DNA from: Azolla caroliniana | Lineage: Eukaryota > Plantae > Polypodiophyta | Direction of reading: 5' to 3' | Length of the DNA stretch: 64,000 bases | NCBI GenBank assembly: GCA_043228905.1 | Contig: JBHGNT010000020.1 | Coordinates: 5,642,001-5,706,000, forward strand | Shown: positions 26,990 through 40,170 of the stretch, piece by piece | Position numbering within the stretch: the first letter of the stretch is position 1 | How the letters are laid out: every line of letters starts with the position of its first letter | Notes under the pieces: generated by a model | Database searches by the model: none | What the model was told of the DNA's origin: nothing | Seen by the model: only the letters and a program-made list of their open reading frames with translations | Position numbers and translations under genes: made by a program

Positions 26990-28117
26990 AAATCTACAGG
27001 TCCTCACATACTTCCCGTACATATCGAACCCCATATCCAACAACCTCCCCATTTCATTATGTTTGCGATACATATTTATAGGGTTAGTAAAATATTGTAC
27101 AATGTACAAATGATAATGGAACGTTGCATACTTGTTAGTGCCCATATTCCTTTATCAATGTGGTGCTCCTGGGACTATTTGGTTCTCACCATTGAGCCTA
27201 GTCCCAATCCCAAAAGGGGTGCCACTGTAAGTTGGGACAACCTAGTCCTAACGACTAGTCCCAAGGGACTACCCAACAGTTAGCCACCCAAACGACTAGC
27301 CCAATGGCCACCTGTTGGTCTATATTAGGAGCATTTCCTTATTTGTACCATTCTCGATCTTTGATTTCTACTTGAACATATTAGAAGCTTGAAGCACTCT
27401 CTTGTCCCTCATCCCAGTTTTTGGGAGTTGTCCTAATTCGTCATGGCCAAGTTTTGATTCATCCCGACTCTAGATTTTGGTTTGTCCCAATTTGGGATTG
27501 TTGTAAGTTTGTCCTTTGTTCATAAAATATAGACCATCATTTGTGCTCCAATTTTTTTGTCCCAATTGTGTTTTGTGTGCATTTTGAGACACCCATAAAA
27601 TAGGGGCGTAGAACTTTGTGTCAGAACTAGAACACGAGCTGAGACAGGACAAGATGCCGAAGAGGGAAAAGGTGATCAAAGAAAGAGAAAGCAATGAGGA
27701 GAGTAGATCAAAGTTGGAGTTAGAAATCTTTTTGGCTAATTGAGGAACCATGAGCAGGAGGGGACTCGATGGAGATTCCTTTGGCCAAGTTGGTGGAAAT
27801 CCTAATAGAGAAACAAAGGAACAAAGCTCACCAAGGAGTTAGAGGGAAAGGGTCGACGAGGAAGAAGGCTATGGAAGGAGCCCTAGAGTGAGTGCGTAGG
27901 GATGAGGGAGTCCCTAGAGCTAAATAGGTGGATCTATGACATGGAGGGCTATCTAGAGCAATGTTTGGTGAAGGTGAGGGGAAGGGTGAAGCTAGCACGT
28001 TGATTCTTTGAGAGCGGTGTCTTGATGTACTCCGTACACATCGTGAAAAATGTACACAGTACCCAAATGAATAGGTATGAAGAAATAGAAGTAAATGATA
28101 AAAGAAAAAATGTTACA

Positions 28118-28186
28118 TGCAGAAGGCAAGGTTCAAACCATGTACCTCCATGTTAAAAACCCCAAACCTTACCATTGTACTAACTC
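28118..28186 (-). other. tRNA-derived (SINE-like) remnant with Pol III A/B boxes
   Basis: Minus strand: TAGTACAATGG (A-box-like) ... GGTTTGAACC (B-box-like) at tRNA-like spacing; no convincing cloverleaf. Confidence 0.4.
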
Positions 28187-28456
28187 ATCATAAGTAATAT
28201 AATTATGCATTTTAATATACACAATAGATTATCGTCACATATATATTCTAGGAAACTTACTCATGCACAACTAGTGTGCATGAATACTATAGTTAGAGAA
28301 AGCATGATGATTGCCATGTGGTGAGCTATACTTAGCCTCTCTCATCACTATATAAGGGTGGGAGCAAACTGTAAATGGGGTTGAATTCTTGGGAAATTAT
28401 TAGGTTTCTAAATATTGATTAATATAATACATTATACTCATGGAATTCACAAGTTT

Positions 28457-28494
<38 letters not shown>

Positions 28495-28613
28495 AATCTA
28501 TTCATATTTTTATCCGTCTTAAATTCCTCCTCCTAGTCCAAAACCTCGATGGTTCCACCTGAGTAACACAACAATCCGGCGTCGTATATCATGACACATT
28601 TTGTGAACCCGAC

Positions 28614-29899
28614 GTGAATACGGGCGGCAAGGAGATGGAGAATCAACGAGAGGCGATCAAAATGATGATGATGTTCGAGCGGATGCTACAAGAACAACGT
28701 GTGATATCGGAGATCGCATCATCAATAGAGCGGCTTGTGCAACGGAACAGGGCAATTCAACGGAAAGGACGTGCCACCATATCTACGGGACTACAAGGCG
28801 GAGATGCTGCGATGCGGGACCTCGGAAGGATTGCAAGTGATATCTGTTGGCCCTAGGAGTATGGTCCGGAGGAGAAGTGTGGACGGGGAAGAGTCGGATG
28901 AATAATGTAAATATTAGTTAGTAATTTTATAGGAACAGACGGATCTGGATAGTTGTACTGATCTGGATCCGCACTAATTAGTAGCCGGTAGCCGGTAAGG
29001 CACCGTTTGGTAACCTTTATCGGATGCCTATAAAAGGATCCGACTCGATGTATAAACAGACAGAAGTAATACAAGTTTAAGCATGTTTCTTTTAATCTAA
29101 TTGTCTCTGTTGTGTACTACCATATGTGCGTGTAATTGTTAATCATACACATGTAATTATGGATCAGATACGTATTAAGCAATCTAGAAGACAATCCGGT
29201 AGTAGCCAGAGTGTTGCATATAACTTGTCGGATCAGTACCGGATAAGCTTTCATATCCCAATCACCCCTTTGGATATGTGTTCCGGATAACACACCCTAT
29301 GTTTGTGGCTAGTTCGGCCCAAGATAAACAAAGTTTTGGCGACAATAGGAAATGGATGTCTAGGCAAACCAACGACCCAGTAGCCGAGCGAGCAAGAAGA
29401 TTAGCCAAATGACTGCGGAGGAGGGAAGAGTACCAGCAGGTGGCTAAAGAGATCCAACTGGATCGATATTTTCCTAGAGTACTCCGACGGGTCATGGAGG
29501 AAACAATTCGGTTACAAAACCAATCACAATCAGACCAAGGAAGCAGCCTCACTAGTCTGCTCGAAGCCGAGTCGTTATTGCAGATGCTAGCAACAGGCGC
29601 CGGAGATTCAGAAGCTTTTTCAACAATTGAGTTAGAGTCGGACAACGAACGAAACGTCCACTCAAATTATTGATCCAGTCACGACACCCTAGACCAATGA
29701 CAATGAGATGAAGGAAGTAGCGTCACCAGTATGCTTGAAGCCGAGTCACGCTAGAGATTCAAAAGCTTTTTCAGCAATTGAGTTGGAATCGGACAATGAA
29801 CTAAGTGTCCACCAGAATCATCAATCCAATCACGACACCCCGGACGAGCCGGAGGACAATGAATCCAAACACACACCAATACCAAAATCAATGTCGTGA
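28614..29899 (+). pseudogene. Broken ORF of unknown, probably TE-derived, helical protein with a ~110-bp internal repeat
   Basis: ORFs 28614-28844, 29440-29673, 29708-29899; DSEAFSTIELESDNE / DSKAFSAIELESDNE repeat. Confidence 0.35.
28845..29292 (+). mobile_element. Probable solo LTR
   Basis: TGTTGG...ATAACA termini, CTATAAAAGG TATA at ~29027, T-rich 3' part; TSD only degenerate (TATC/CACC). Confidence 0.6.
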
Positions 29900-29932
29900 A
29901 GGAGAGAAATGGAGCCAAGTGCATGCGAACAG

Positions 29933-31194
29933 TGTTGCGAAGTTTTTCGCACGTGTGTTACTTGGGCGGGACCACGGGGGTCTTGGACTAGGGAGTACTC
30001 AAGGGATAGAAAAGAGCCGAGGTTTGCTTTATGACAATACTACTTCTCGACCCCTTCCCGAGCAAGGTCTCGTTGCCCCTTTGTTTTGTGAGGCCGGTGG
30101 TTCTCGTTGATCACGACTTGTCGACCTTTCGAGATCACCGCACGAGCCAATTGACCAAACGAGTACAAGCAAGATGAGCACACAAGATGAACATACAAGG
30201 GGACGATAACACAAACACGAATGTCCATATATCTTTATGAGGAGGAGAGGTGCATGGGCACGCCTGAACGCTCCCTCATCACAAGACGTCGAACGTACGA
30301 GGAAGACACAACACACGCACAAATACTCGTACGCCTCTATGAGGAGGAGAGGTGCATCGGCACGCCCGAAACACTCCCTCGTCACAAGACGGCCGAATGT
30401 ACAAGGAAGACACAAACACACCTTTATGAGGGGGAGAGGTGCATGGGCAAGCCCGAACGGTTCCTCGTCACAAGACAGCCAAACGTACAAGAAAGACACA
30501 AACACACACACAAATGCTCGTACGCCTTTATGAGGAGGAGAGGTGCATGGGCAAGCCCGAACGGTCCCTCGTCACAAGACGGCCGAACGTACAAGAAAGA
30601 CACAAACACACACACAAATGCTCGTACGCCTTTATGAGGAGGAGAGGTGCATGGGCAAGCCCGAATGGTCCCTCGTCACAAGACGGCCGAACGTACAAGA
30701 AAGACACAAACACACGCAGAAAATGCTCGTACGCCTTTATGAGGAGGAGAGGTGCATGGGCAAGCCCGAAACGGTCCCTCGTCACAAGACGACCGAACGT
30801 ACACGGAATACACAAACACAAGCACAAATGCTCATACGTCTTTATGAGGAGGAGAGTTGCATGGGCACGCCCGAAATGCTCCCTCATCACAAGACGGCCG
30901 AACGTACAAGGAATACACGAATAAAGAAAGAAGGAGAGGAAGAAACACAAATGATATCGACCAAAGAGATAAATACGTGTTCGATTCCAACGCAAGAGGA
31001 CCCTTTATAAAATAGGCTTTTGTTTACAATGGCAACTTATAGTTAACCATAAGCTCAATCAAAACATAAATACTAAATGCACTTAGAGACAAAAGCAAAT
31101 CCGAACACGGCGAAGATGAACACACGAGCACCACCAAAATGCCAATCCCAATGAACCACGACCACCCGAACAGCGAGCACACGGGCTCGCAACG
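29933..31194 (-). mobile_element. Probable gypsy-type solo LTR carrying a tandem array
   Basis: Inverted ends TGTTGCGA / TCGCAACG; minus-strand TATA near 31001-31016; left end resembles the LTR fragment at 57251 (tgtgtt...gggc.ggaccac.ggggtct.ggac). Confidence 0.55.
30234..30920. repeat. Tandem array, 7 units of ~104 bp
   Basis: tttatgaggaggagaggtgcatgggcaagcccgaacggtccctcgtcacaagacggccgaacgtacaag... starting at 30234, 30336, 30423, 30527, 30631, 30736, 30841. Confidence 0.97.
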
Positions 31195-31567
31195 ACGAAC
31201 GAGGCGGAACAACGTCGAACCAATGAAGCTTGGGCTCACGAGCACTTCGAGTGCCGACGTGAAGAAGACGAGCATGTGGCGATGGGGGGATGAAGGGGTA
31301 TGAGATGAAGAGAAGTGGTGAATAAGAAGATGAAGAAAATTGGCAATAGTCTCCTCCTCCCAAAACGTCCTCCCGAATGAGCCCCCCTCGACCTCCTTTT
31401 ATAGGAAAAAAAGAAGGGAGGGTCGCCAAATTTGTCTTCAATGAAAAAGGAATAAAATTCCTTAAATCACGCCACACTGTAAGACTAGATTTGAGCCGTG
31501 CACCTCTAGCTAGAAGTCTATGTGACTATCCACTAGCCCATTAACTCTCTCTTGTATAATATATAAT

Positions 31568-34500
31568 TGTTGAGAGACAAGCTCAACATCGGCCGGATCG
31601 GCTGAAGAAGCCGAGGACCGGATCGGTTGGGACCGATTGGTTAGGCCGAATGCGTAAACCGGTACGCAGACCGGTGCGTAGGTAGGGCCGGATCGGTGTG
31701 TAAACCGGGAGGCCGTTAGGAAAGATATTCCGTGAGGAATATATTTGGGAGTTAGTATAGGAGCTCTTAATGAGTATTGAATTACTATCAGTACTTCGGT
31801 CAGTCCTTCTAGGACGTGTATAAAAGTGTTCATTGAACACACATATGTATAGAGTGTGGTGAATAGAGATTGTGTTGTTTTTGTTGAATATAGTTCTTGT
31901 GTTTTCTCTCTCTCACTCCCTCTGTCTCTCCCGCATATACTGCGTAAGCTCAAGCTCTCCATTAAACCTGAGTTTTCTTCCTTCTGTTCGGTCTTCATAC
32001 TTGCTTCTGCACGCTACTTTTTACATGGTATTAGAGCGCGAGGGTTGAGAACCTCTTTGCAGCTGACACAGCTTGACGAAGAAGAACAAGAAGAATGATG
32101 GATAGAGGCATGGCGAGCTCGCTTCCAACAGAGAAGCTCGACAGAACCAACTACGCGTCTTGGTCCTACAAGATGCACTAGTACCTGCTCGGGCACGACT
32201 ACTGGAGTTATGTAGAAGGAGCTAATGACGTGGCACCCGAATCGACACACAGAGACTTCCCGTTGTGGGAGCAATCGGCGAGCAGGGTATTATACTGCTT
32301 CGCGTCGTGTGTGGGCGAACAGCTATTGAGCTATGTTCGGAATGCAAAGACGCTGAAGGGTGTGTGGGAAAATCTGAAGAAGATTTTTGCCGCGAGCACC
32401 ACAGCCAGGAAGTTTCAGCTCCGACAGGAATTGAGCAACCTACGACAACGCGACTTGTCGGTGGAGGACTATACCTCGAAGATCAAGGATATCTGCTACT
32501 CCCTCGCCTCCATAGAGGTGAAAATCGAGGAGAGTGAGATGGTCCAGATCTATCTCGGAGGTTTGGCGTCGAAGTTCGGAGTGTTCCGAACGGCTGTGTG
32601 TACCCGGGAGAATACGCCGTTCTTTTTCGACTTACAGTCAATGCTCCTGGTAGAGGAGAACCACGTGGGTGCGTCGACAAGCACGCACACCGACAGCAGA
32701 ATGATGTACACGGAGGGAGATAGGCCCCGTGGACGTGGAGGACGAGGCGAGTCGGCGCGCAATGGAGGCGGCCAACGAGATCAAGGAAGAAGGCACCGAA
32801 GTGATGCCGACAGCAACTCCGGACCCTCCAGAAACAGGGGGAGTCGAAGCGATGAGAACCGGCAAGGGAAGGCCATCGCGGAGTGCTGGTACTGTGGCAA
32901 GAAAGGCCACAGGGAAAGTGAATGCTGGAAGAAGCGCGCCGATTCGGAGAGAACCGGTTCCGGAAACGGCTCCGGACATACCGACAAGGGAAATCGGCAG
33001 CGATCGCACTACGCCGAAGACTCCGGGAGAGCCCGAGAAGGGTCTGCCTTCGTGATGAGACACGAAGCAAACTCAATGAAACAGACCACCCCGAGATCGG
33101 ACGAGGTGTGGTACGTAGACTCCGGCACGTCAAACCACATGACGAGCCATAAGGAGTGGTTCTCGTACCTTGAAAAACCGATACAACCTGGAGTAGTCAC
33201 AACTGGAGACGACACTCCGCATCCGATCGCGAATGTCGAAGAAGTTCCCCTTAGCCATGTTGGGCAGAAAGGGAAACTCATGAACGTGTTGCACGTTCCG
33301 ATAATCACGAAGAACTTGGTCTCGGTCGGACAGATCGTCGACCAAGGGATGGAGGTTCGGTTTACACACCTCGGGTGCTTCATTGAGGAAGAAGGCCGTG
33401 TGATTGCGCAAGGGCACAGAGACGGGAGGATGTTCATCCTCGACTCCACTGACGGCGGCACAACAATGTTCGCGAAGGGACAAAAATCCGAGTCGGACAT
33501 CGACTTGTGGCACAAGCGGATAGGCCACGTCAACTACCAGCGGCTTCAAGATCTGCAAACGAAACAGGTAGTGTTCAGATTGCCCAAATTTAGTGGCCGA
33601 AAGACACAAATTTGTGAAGCCTGCCAGCTCGGGAAGCAACACTGACTTCCCTTCCCCAACGAGTGAAACCGGAGCCGGAACAAGATCGACCTTATACACT
33701 CTGATGTATGGGGGCCGGCACAAAACGTTAGTCTTGGCGGGAGCCGATATTTCGTCTCCTTCATCGACGACCACATGCGGCACACGACCACATGCGACGA
33801 CCACATGCGGCACACGAGCGAAGTCTTTGACTGTTTCCGGGCCTCAAAGGGTTCGTGGAAACAGAAACGGGACGAAAGATCCAGTGCCTATGGTCTGATG
33901 GCGGGAAAGAGTACTTTTCCGGTCAATTCAACGGTTACCTACAACAAATGGGAATTCGCCACGAATTCAGTTGTAGATACACGCCGGAGCAGAACGACGT
34001 GGTCGAGAGGAAGAATCGGTCAGTTGTGGAAGCGGCACGGGCAATGCTGGAGGAGAAGAGCTTGCCCAAGTTCTACTGGGCCGAGGCGGTAAGGACCACG
34101 GTATACATCAAGAACCGGATCGGAGACAAAGTGTCGGCGCACGAGCTATATTTCGGAACGAAGCCAAACTGGCGACACTTGAGGGTGTTCGGTAGCATTG
34201 CGTATGTGCATGTACCGAAGGAGAAAAGGAGGAAGCTAGACGCAAAGGCCAAGAAATGCATCTTGGTCGGTTACTCGGACGAGCAGAAGGGTTATAAGTG
34301 CTATAACCCTCAAACCAAACAAGCGCGTGTTAGCCGCGACGTTGTGGTTGATGAGTCCGCGTCCTGGTACCAGCCCCCGACTCCGAACCCCGACTCCAAT
34401 CCGTGTTCTGACGATGAGGTCAGCGAGGCCGAGATGCCTTCGGATGAGCCCGAAATTGAGACCCGCGAAGAGAGTCTGATTTGACTCCGTTTAAGTGGAC

Positions 34501-37500
34501 CGATTGGACGACTGAGTCGGTATGATCAGTCCGATGAAGAGCCGGCGAGTAGTGGAGACTCGGCCGTGCATTCCCCGTGCAAGAAGTCGAGGAGACGGCT
34601 TACGTGCAAAGAGAAAGGGAAGAAGAAGGTGTCGGATTCCGGCACGGATAAGAACGAGTCAGATCGACGCGAGTCCGACTCCGAGGGAACCGGTGACGAG
34701 TCTTTAAAGGTGAAGACCGCGTCGACCAAGAAGGCCTCGACATCGGCTAATGTGAGATTACGCCGATCTACCCGCTAGAAGAATCTTGTTTTGCAGTTCG
34801 GATACAACGAGTACATGGTGCATCATTTTGCGTACATGACCCGTGTAGCGGAAGTGCGTGAGCCGAAGAGCTACGCAGAAGCGGCTAAAGACGCGAATTG
34901 GCGTGCCGCGATGGAGGAAGAGATGCACGCATTGGCGGAGAACGAGACCTGGGACCTGGTTGACGCACCAACAGGGGTAAAACCGATCGAGTGTAGGTGG
35001 GTGTACAAGGTCAAGTACAACACCGATGGCTCGGTCAACCGGTACAAGGCTCGGCTAGTGGCAAAGGGCTACGCGCAGAAACACGGCATCGACTACGATG
35101 AGACATTTGCACCGCAGAAAATGACGACCATCCGTGTTTTGCTCGTAGTAGCTGCGGTGAAGGGCTGGCACTTACATCAGATGGATGTAAAGAATGCGTT
35201 CCTGCAAGGTGACCTTGAGGAATAGGTGTACATGGTACAGCCCCCCGGATTTCACTCTAGAACGAACTCCTCGGCAGTATGCCGACTGAAGAAGTCCCTT
35301 TACGGACTGAAGCAAGACTTGCGTGCTTGTACGATGAGTCGTTTGCGCCGCAGAAAATGACGACTGTCCGTGTTTTGCTCGTAGTAGCTGCGGTGAAGGG
35401 GTGGCACTTACATCAGATGGATGTAAAGAATGCGTTTCTGCAAGGTGACCTTGAGGAACAGGTGTACATGGTACAGCCCCCCGGATTTCACTCTGGAACG
35501 AACTCCTCAGCAGTATGCCGACTGAAGAAGTCCCTTTACGGACTGAAGCAAGACTTGCGTGCCTGGAACGCGAAGATCACGCAACAACTGCGTCGGATGG
35601 GATAAATCGACCGCGTGAAGATCCAGCTTGCGGCATCATTCGACATGAAGGATCTAGGGGACCTTCATTACTTCCTCGGGATCGAAGTGATCCGTACCCC
35701 CGAAGGCATATTGATCAGCCAACGTCATTACGTGCTAAGTATGCTCTTCAAATTTGGGATGGCCGACTGTAAGTCCGTCTCGACTCCTCTGGACAGAACC
35801 GTCAAGCTTTGTCCCGATACGGGAAAGGTATGCGACCCGACGAGGTTCCGACAAATTGTCGGAAGCCTCATATACTTGACCATCACCCGACCCGACCTCA
35901 GTTATCCGGTTGGAGTGATCAGTCAGTTCATGGCGCAACCTACCGAGGAGCACGTCCAGTGTGCGCAACGCATACTTCGGTATGTCAACGGCACTAAGGA
36001 CCGGGGACTGCTATATCGAACCGGTGCAGCCGCGCAGTTAGTCCGCTACACCGATGCTGATTGGGCTGGCAATGCCGCCGATCGCCGATCCACGTCCGGA
36101 TACGCGTTCTCCCTCGGGAGTGCCGCGATCGCGTGGCGCAGTAAGAAGCAGCCGACAGTTGCACTGTCGAGCACCGAAGATGAGTACCGAGGAGCGGCTG
36201 TCGCGACATGCGAACCCATATGGTTGAAACGACTGCTTAGGGACCTGCAAGAGGAGGTGTCAGATCCGATGACGATCTACTGTGACAACCTCAGCAGCAT
36301 CCAGCTCGCGAAAAACCCCGTTTTCCACACACGGACCAAGCACATTGAGGTGCACTACCATTTCATCCGTGAGCGTGTCCTTTCTGGTGAAGTCGAACTT
36401 CACTACGTTCCGACGGATCGGCAAACTGTCGACATCTTTACCAAGCCTCTTGGTCTGGACATGTTGCGGCAATTCTCAGGTGCGCTCGGATTGCATCACC
36501 TCGACGTGCAAAACTTGAGGGGGAGAACAGTCCCGAACGACCAAGCAAGGTAGCAGGAAAGGAGTGGAGACCGCGACACCGAGTCGGTTGACTCGGTTGT
36601 CAAGTTGGACTTTGGATCGGTTGAAGAAGCCGAGGGCGGACCCGCGGAAAAGTCTAGAAGCGGACAGAAGGGGAGCAACCGAAGGAGAGAGCCGAAGCCA
36701 ACCACGCATGGGGAAGATGACGCCACCGAGGGCGAGAAGACCGAAGACGAGTTGGAGACAACCAACTCGGACGAGAGCGAAAACTGATCGGAGGTAGTTG
36801 AGTCGGTTCGGATGTTTGATTCAGATACGCTGAATCAACCGAGGCCCAAGCGGAAGAAAAGGTAGTAGGAGAAGCGTCAACACCGCAACAGCAGAAGAGC
36901 TGATAAGGGCCACATGAGCAGACAAGCTGACTGGAAGGGTCGAAGCACGCGGAGTCAAATAGGCCGTGGAGTGCGAGCGAGGCGTGAAGCCAGGAGGAAC
37001 CGGAGCTGTGAGCCCGAAGATCCCGAAGAGCCACAAGTTGAGCTTGAGGGGGAGTGTTGAGAGACAAGCTCAACATCGGCCGGATCGGCTGAAGAAGCCG
37101 AGGACCGGATCGGTTGGGACTGATCGGTTAGGCCGAATGCGTAAACCGGTACGCAGACCGGTGCGTAGGTAGGGCCGGATCGGTGTGTAAACCAGGAGGC
37201 CGTTAGGAAAGATATTCCGTGAGGAATATATTTGGGAGTTAGTGTAGGAACTCTTAATGAGTATTGAAGTACTGTCAGTACTTCGGTCAGTCCTTCTAGG
37301 ACTTGTATAAAAGTGTTCATTGAACACACATATGTATAGAGTGTGGTGAATAGAACTTGTGTTGTTTTTGTTGAATATAGTTCTTGTGTTTTCTCTCTCT
37401 CACTCCCTCTATCTCTCCCGCGTATACTGCGTAAGCTCAAGCTCTCCATTAAACCTGAGTTTTCTTCCTTCTGTTCGGTCTTCATACTTGCTTCCGCACG

Positions 37501-37512
37501 CTACTTTTTACA
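31568..37512 (+). mobile_element. Full-length Ty1/copia element E (C family), LTRs 31568-32025 and 37055-37512 (458 bp), TSD ATAAT
   Basis: Perfect TSD; PBS TGGTATTAGAGCG 32026-32038; PPT TTGAGGGGGAG; gag CWYCGKKGHRESEC, WYVDSG, integrase, RT, RNase H ORFs. Confidence 0.97.
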
Positions 37513-37895
37513 ATAATTCTATCTCTATAAATTCATAGCCTATCTCCCCTCTACCTTTTATCTCTCCTCTCTCTTACTTTTTGCACGAGCTTCTATACCT
37601 CCTTTCCACCCTTTCTTTTCCTTTTTTATTTTGCATATGCACAATTAATCGCCTTTGTGTGCACACACATTACACATGCACATTTTGACCCCCTCTTTCG
37701 CCGGTTTTTCCCACTCTTGAGCACGCCACATCACAACAACGGGTGTGTGTGTATTGATGCACACAAATATAGTATTATGTACAGACATAATGTAGATAGC
37801 ATTAGGACTGGTAAGTACTAGGTGGTAGGAATTAAAGGGGGGGTACTTTAAAGTCCCACATGCACAGAAAGAAAGGAAAGGGAGGGGAGGAATCT

Positions 37896-38112
37896 GTGAC
37901 ACCGATCACGATGTAACAGTCTCATCTTGTGCTATAAAAGGGGAGGCTTGAGCCTGCTTGGGAAGCGGTGTTTTAGGGGGGAGGACGAAGTGCTGCCGGT
38001 TTGTGGGCTGAGCTCTCTCTCTCTCGCTCGCTCTCTCCCGGTCTCTGTCTTGTGTATGATTCTGTAAGGAAGCCTTTGCTCGCGCAGGAAGCCCGTGAGC
38101 TCCCAACTAGAG
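37896..38112 (+). mobile_element. LTR-like fragment
   Basis: CTATAAAAGGGG followed by a CT-rich tract; no partner or TSD seen. Confidence 0.35.
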
Positions 38113-38267
38113 TATGTAATGAAGGTCTCCAAGATCCTTCATTTCGAATGATGCCGCAAGCTGAAACTTTACACAGTGGATTTCGTCTAGGTCGGCATCG
38201 GCGATGACTAAATCATCAACATACAGTAGAAGGCTAACCGGTCCATATTGACCTTGCTGAACAAGTG
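38113..38267 (-). pseudogene. Isolated copia RT fragment (J-like) containing YVDD
   Basis: VQQGQYGPVSLLLYVDDLVIADADLDEIHCVKFQLAASFEMKDLGDLHY; closely matches 61928-62080. Confidence 0.85.
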
Positions 38268-40170
38268 TGCCAAGTTCGGCTTCTCCTCGAAATACAATGT
38301 TGTCCATAGGCTAGAAATATAAAAACAAAATATGTAAACTTGTCGGTAGGTAAAAAAGTAGGTGAGGAAATAGGTAGTACTAAAATAGTCGAGTTTTGAG
38401 CCCTCACAATCAGCCGACGGCTCGGCTTTGTGTAAAGAAGAAAACTATATAAGCCGAGACCTGCATACCTCGAGGGGGGAGATACATAGATTATTTCGCA
38501 GGCTTAATATCGTAGCACGGAGCTCTTCACAAAACTGTTTCTGGTCGAGAGCCATGTATTGTAATCACTGTGAGCTTTCTCATTTAATATAAATCCCGCT
38601 CTTACTGTTCCTTCATCTTTGTATTCTTCCCGTACTCGTAAACTGAGCTACGTCTACGTCTAACAGGTTGTAGCCCGTGTACGCTCCTCGTTCCTATAAC
38701 ATCTTCTCGGTGTAGAAGAGGCCTCCACGTAACACGACCCCCTTGATACCGATAGCCTATGGGCTCATTGAAGGTGTTTCCCCCCTAGAGACGGTTAACA
38801 CAATTTGGCACGCCCGGTTACAACTGTAAGATCACAACAAACTACGTAGCAGGCAAACCTCAGCCGGCATTACGGCACCCAATCGCATCACATGGTCTTG
38901 GCCACCTGCCCGACATCCTGAGCCAATCGAAGGAACTTCCGACTCGGCGGTCACTGACCAATCTTTCCAGGAACTATCGGAGGCTCACCGGTTGCCATCC
39001 ACGCCACCCGATACTTAGTTGCGAGTTGATTCCGCACCGATCTCCCCACCAAGCCCTCTAGAGGTCACCCAACCTGACCCTAACCCTTTTCCGGCTTTAC
39101 TTAAAGACCTGGATCTCGATACCATGCCTTACCCTCACCCACGATATACAGACGGCCCCGATGCGGAATCGCATACCCGTGCTCTCGTGTCCACATGGCA
39201 GGCCAACCACTCAATGCAACAATTATTGGCTACCAAAATCGAGTCCTTCAAAATCGCGGAATTTTCTCTATCCCTCGATGGCCTGGCTACTCGATGGTAT
39301 TCCCGCCTCGATGTGGGGGAGGTCACAACGTTCCAGGACGTCCGAACAAAGTTTCTAGAATTATTTCACCGCGAAGTTCCGAAGCGCGAACTGCTCCGGC
39401 AGTTCTTTTCCATGAGCCAAGAACCTCACGAGACGGTCGCCCAGTTCACGATCCGGTTTCAGGATCTCTACCGACAACTAGCCGATGATATCTCCACACA
39501 TCACATTCCGGATACCGTCCTTTCCAGCCTACGGGAGCCTCTACGGATGACTCTTGCACTTACCAATTTCTCTAACCAGACAATCGAGCAAGTCATCGCA
39601 CACATCCTCGCCATCGATCGGACACAACATAGCACGGCTTTCTCCATGGGCTCTTTTCAAAGCACCCTTTTCCAGGAGGACAATCGTTTCTAACAAGCCC
39701 TCCAATGCACAACCTGCTCGGGCTCAGGCCATCTGGCTCTCGAGTGCCCTCATCGGCCACATTTTCCAATATGTCAGTCCTGATCCCACATGATCGAGCA
39801 ATGTGAATACAACATGCTCAACTGCACAACGATGGCTCCGGTTCACCAGATCGAGCCTCGAAATACATACTCACGGCAAGACAAACGTCATTCATACCAA
39901 CATCGGGATAACGAGCAACCACGATCCCTGGATCGTCAGCACCGCGACGACGACTGCTATCGCCATGACAATCGCAGGAGATCGGACGACCGTTGTGACC
40001 AATACCGTGATGACCAATATAGAGCAAACGACAAGTATGACCGGTACGACAACGACCGGGATGACCGGTACGATCAACGTCATTCACGAAACGATAGAAG
40101 AAACTCTTACAGAGGTTCACGGAACAATCGACGGCATAACGACGATCGTCGTCGAGAGCCTCCTCCAAAC

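Noticed and set aside
26449-27081. 210-aa ORF
   Set aside because: Antisense to the 5' LTR of element B and includes a microsatellite.
27150-27600. Clustered GTCCCA/TGGGAC motifs suggesting DNA-transposon subterminal repeats
   Set aside because: No terminal inverted repeats or TSD could be defined.
30221-31010. 104-bp array as a CRISPR array or repeat protein
   Set aside because: Units repeat along their whole length with no unique spacers, no cas genes, eukaryotic context, and unit lengths mostly not multiples of 3.
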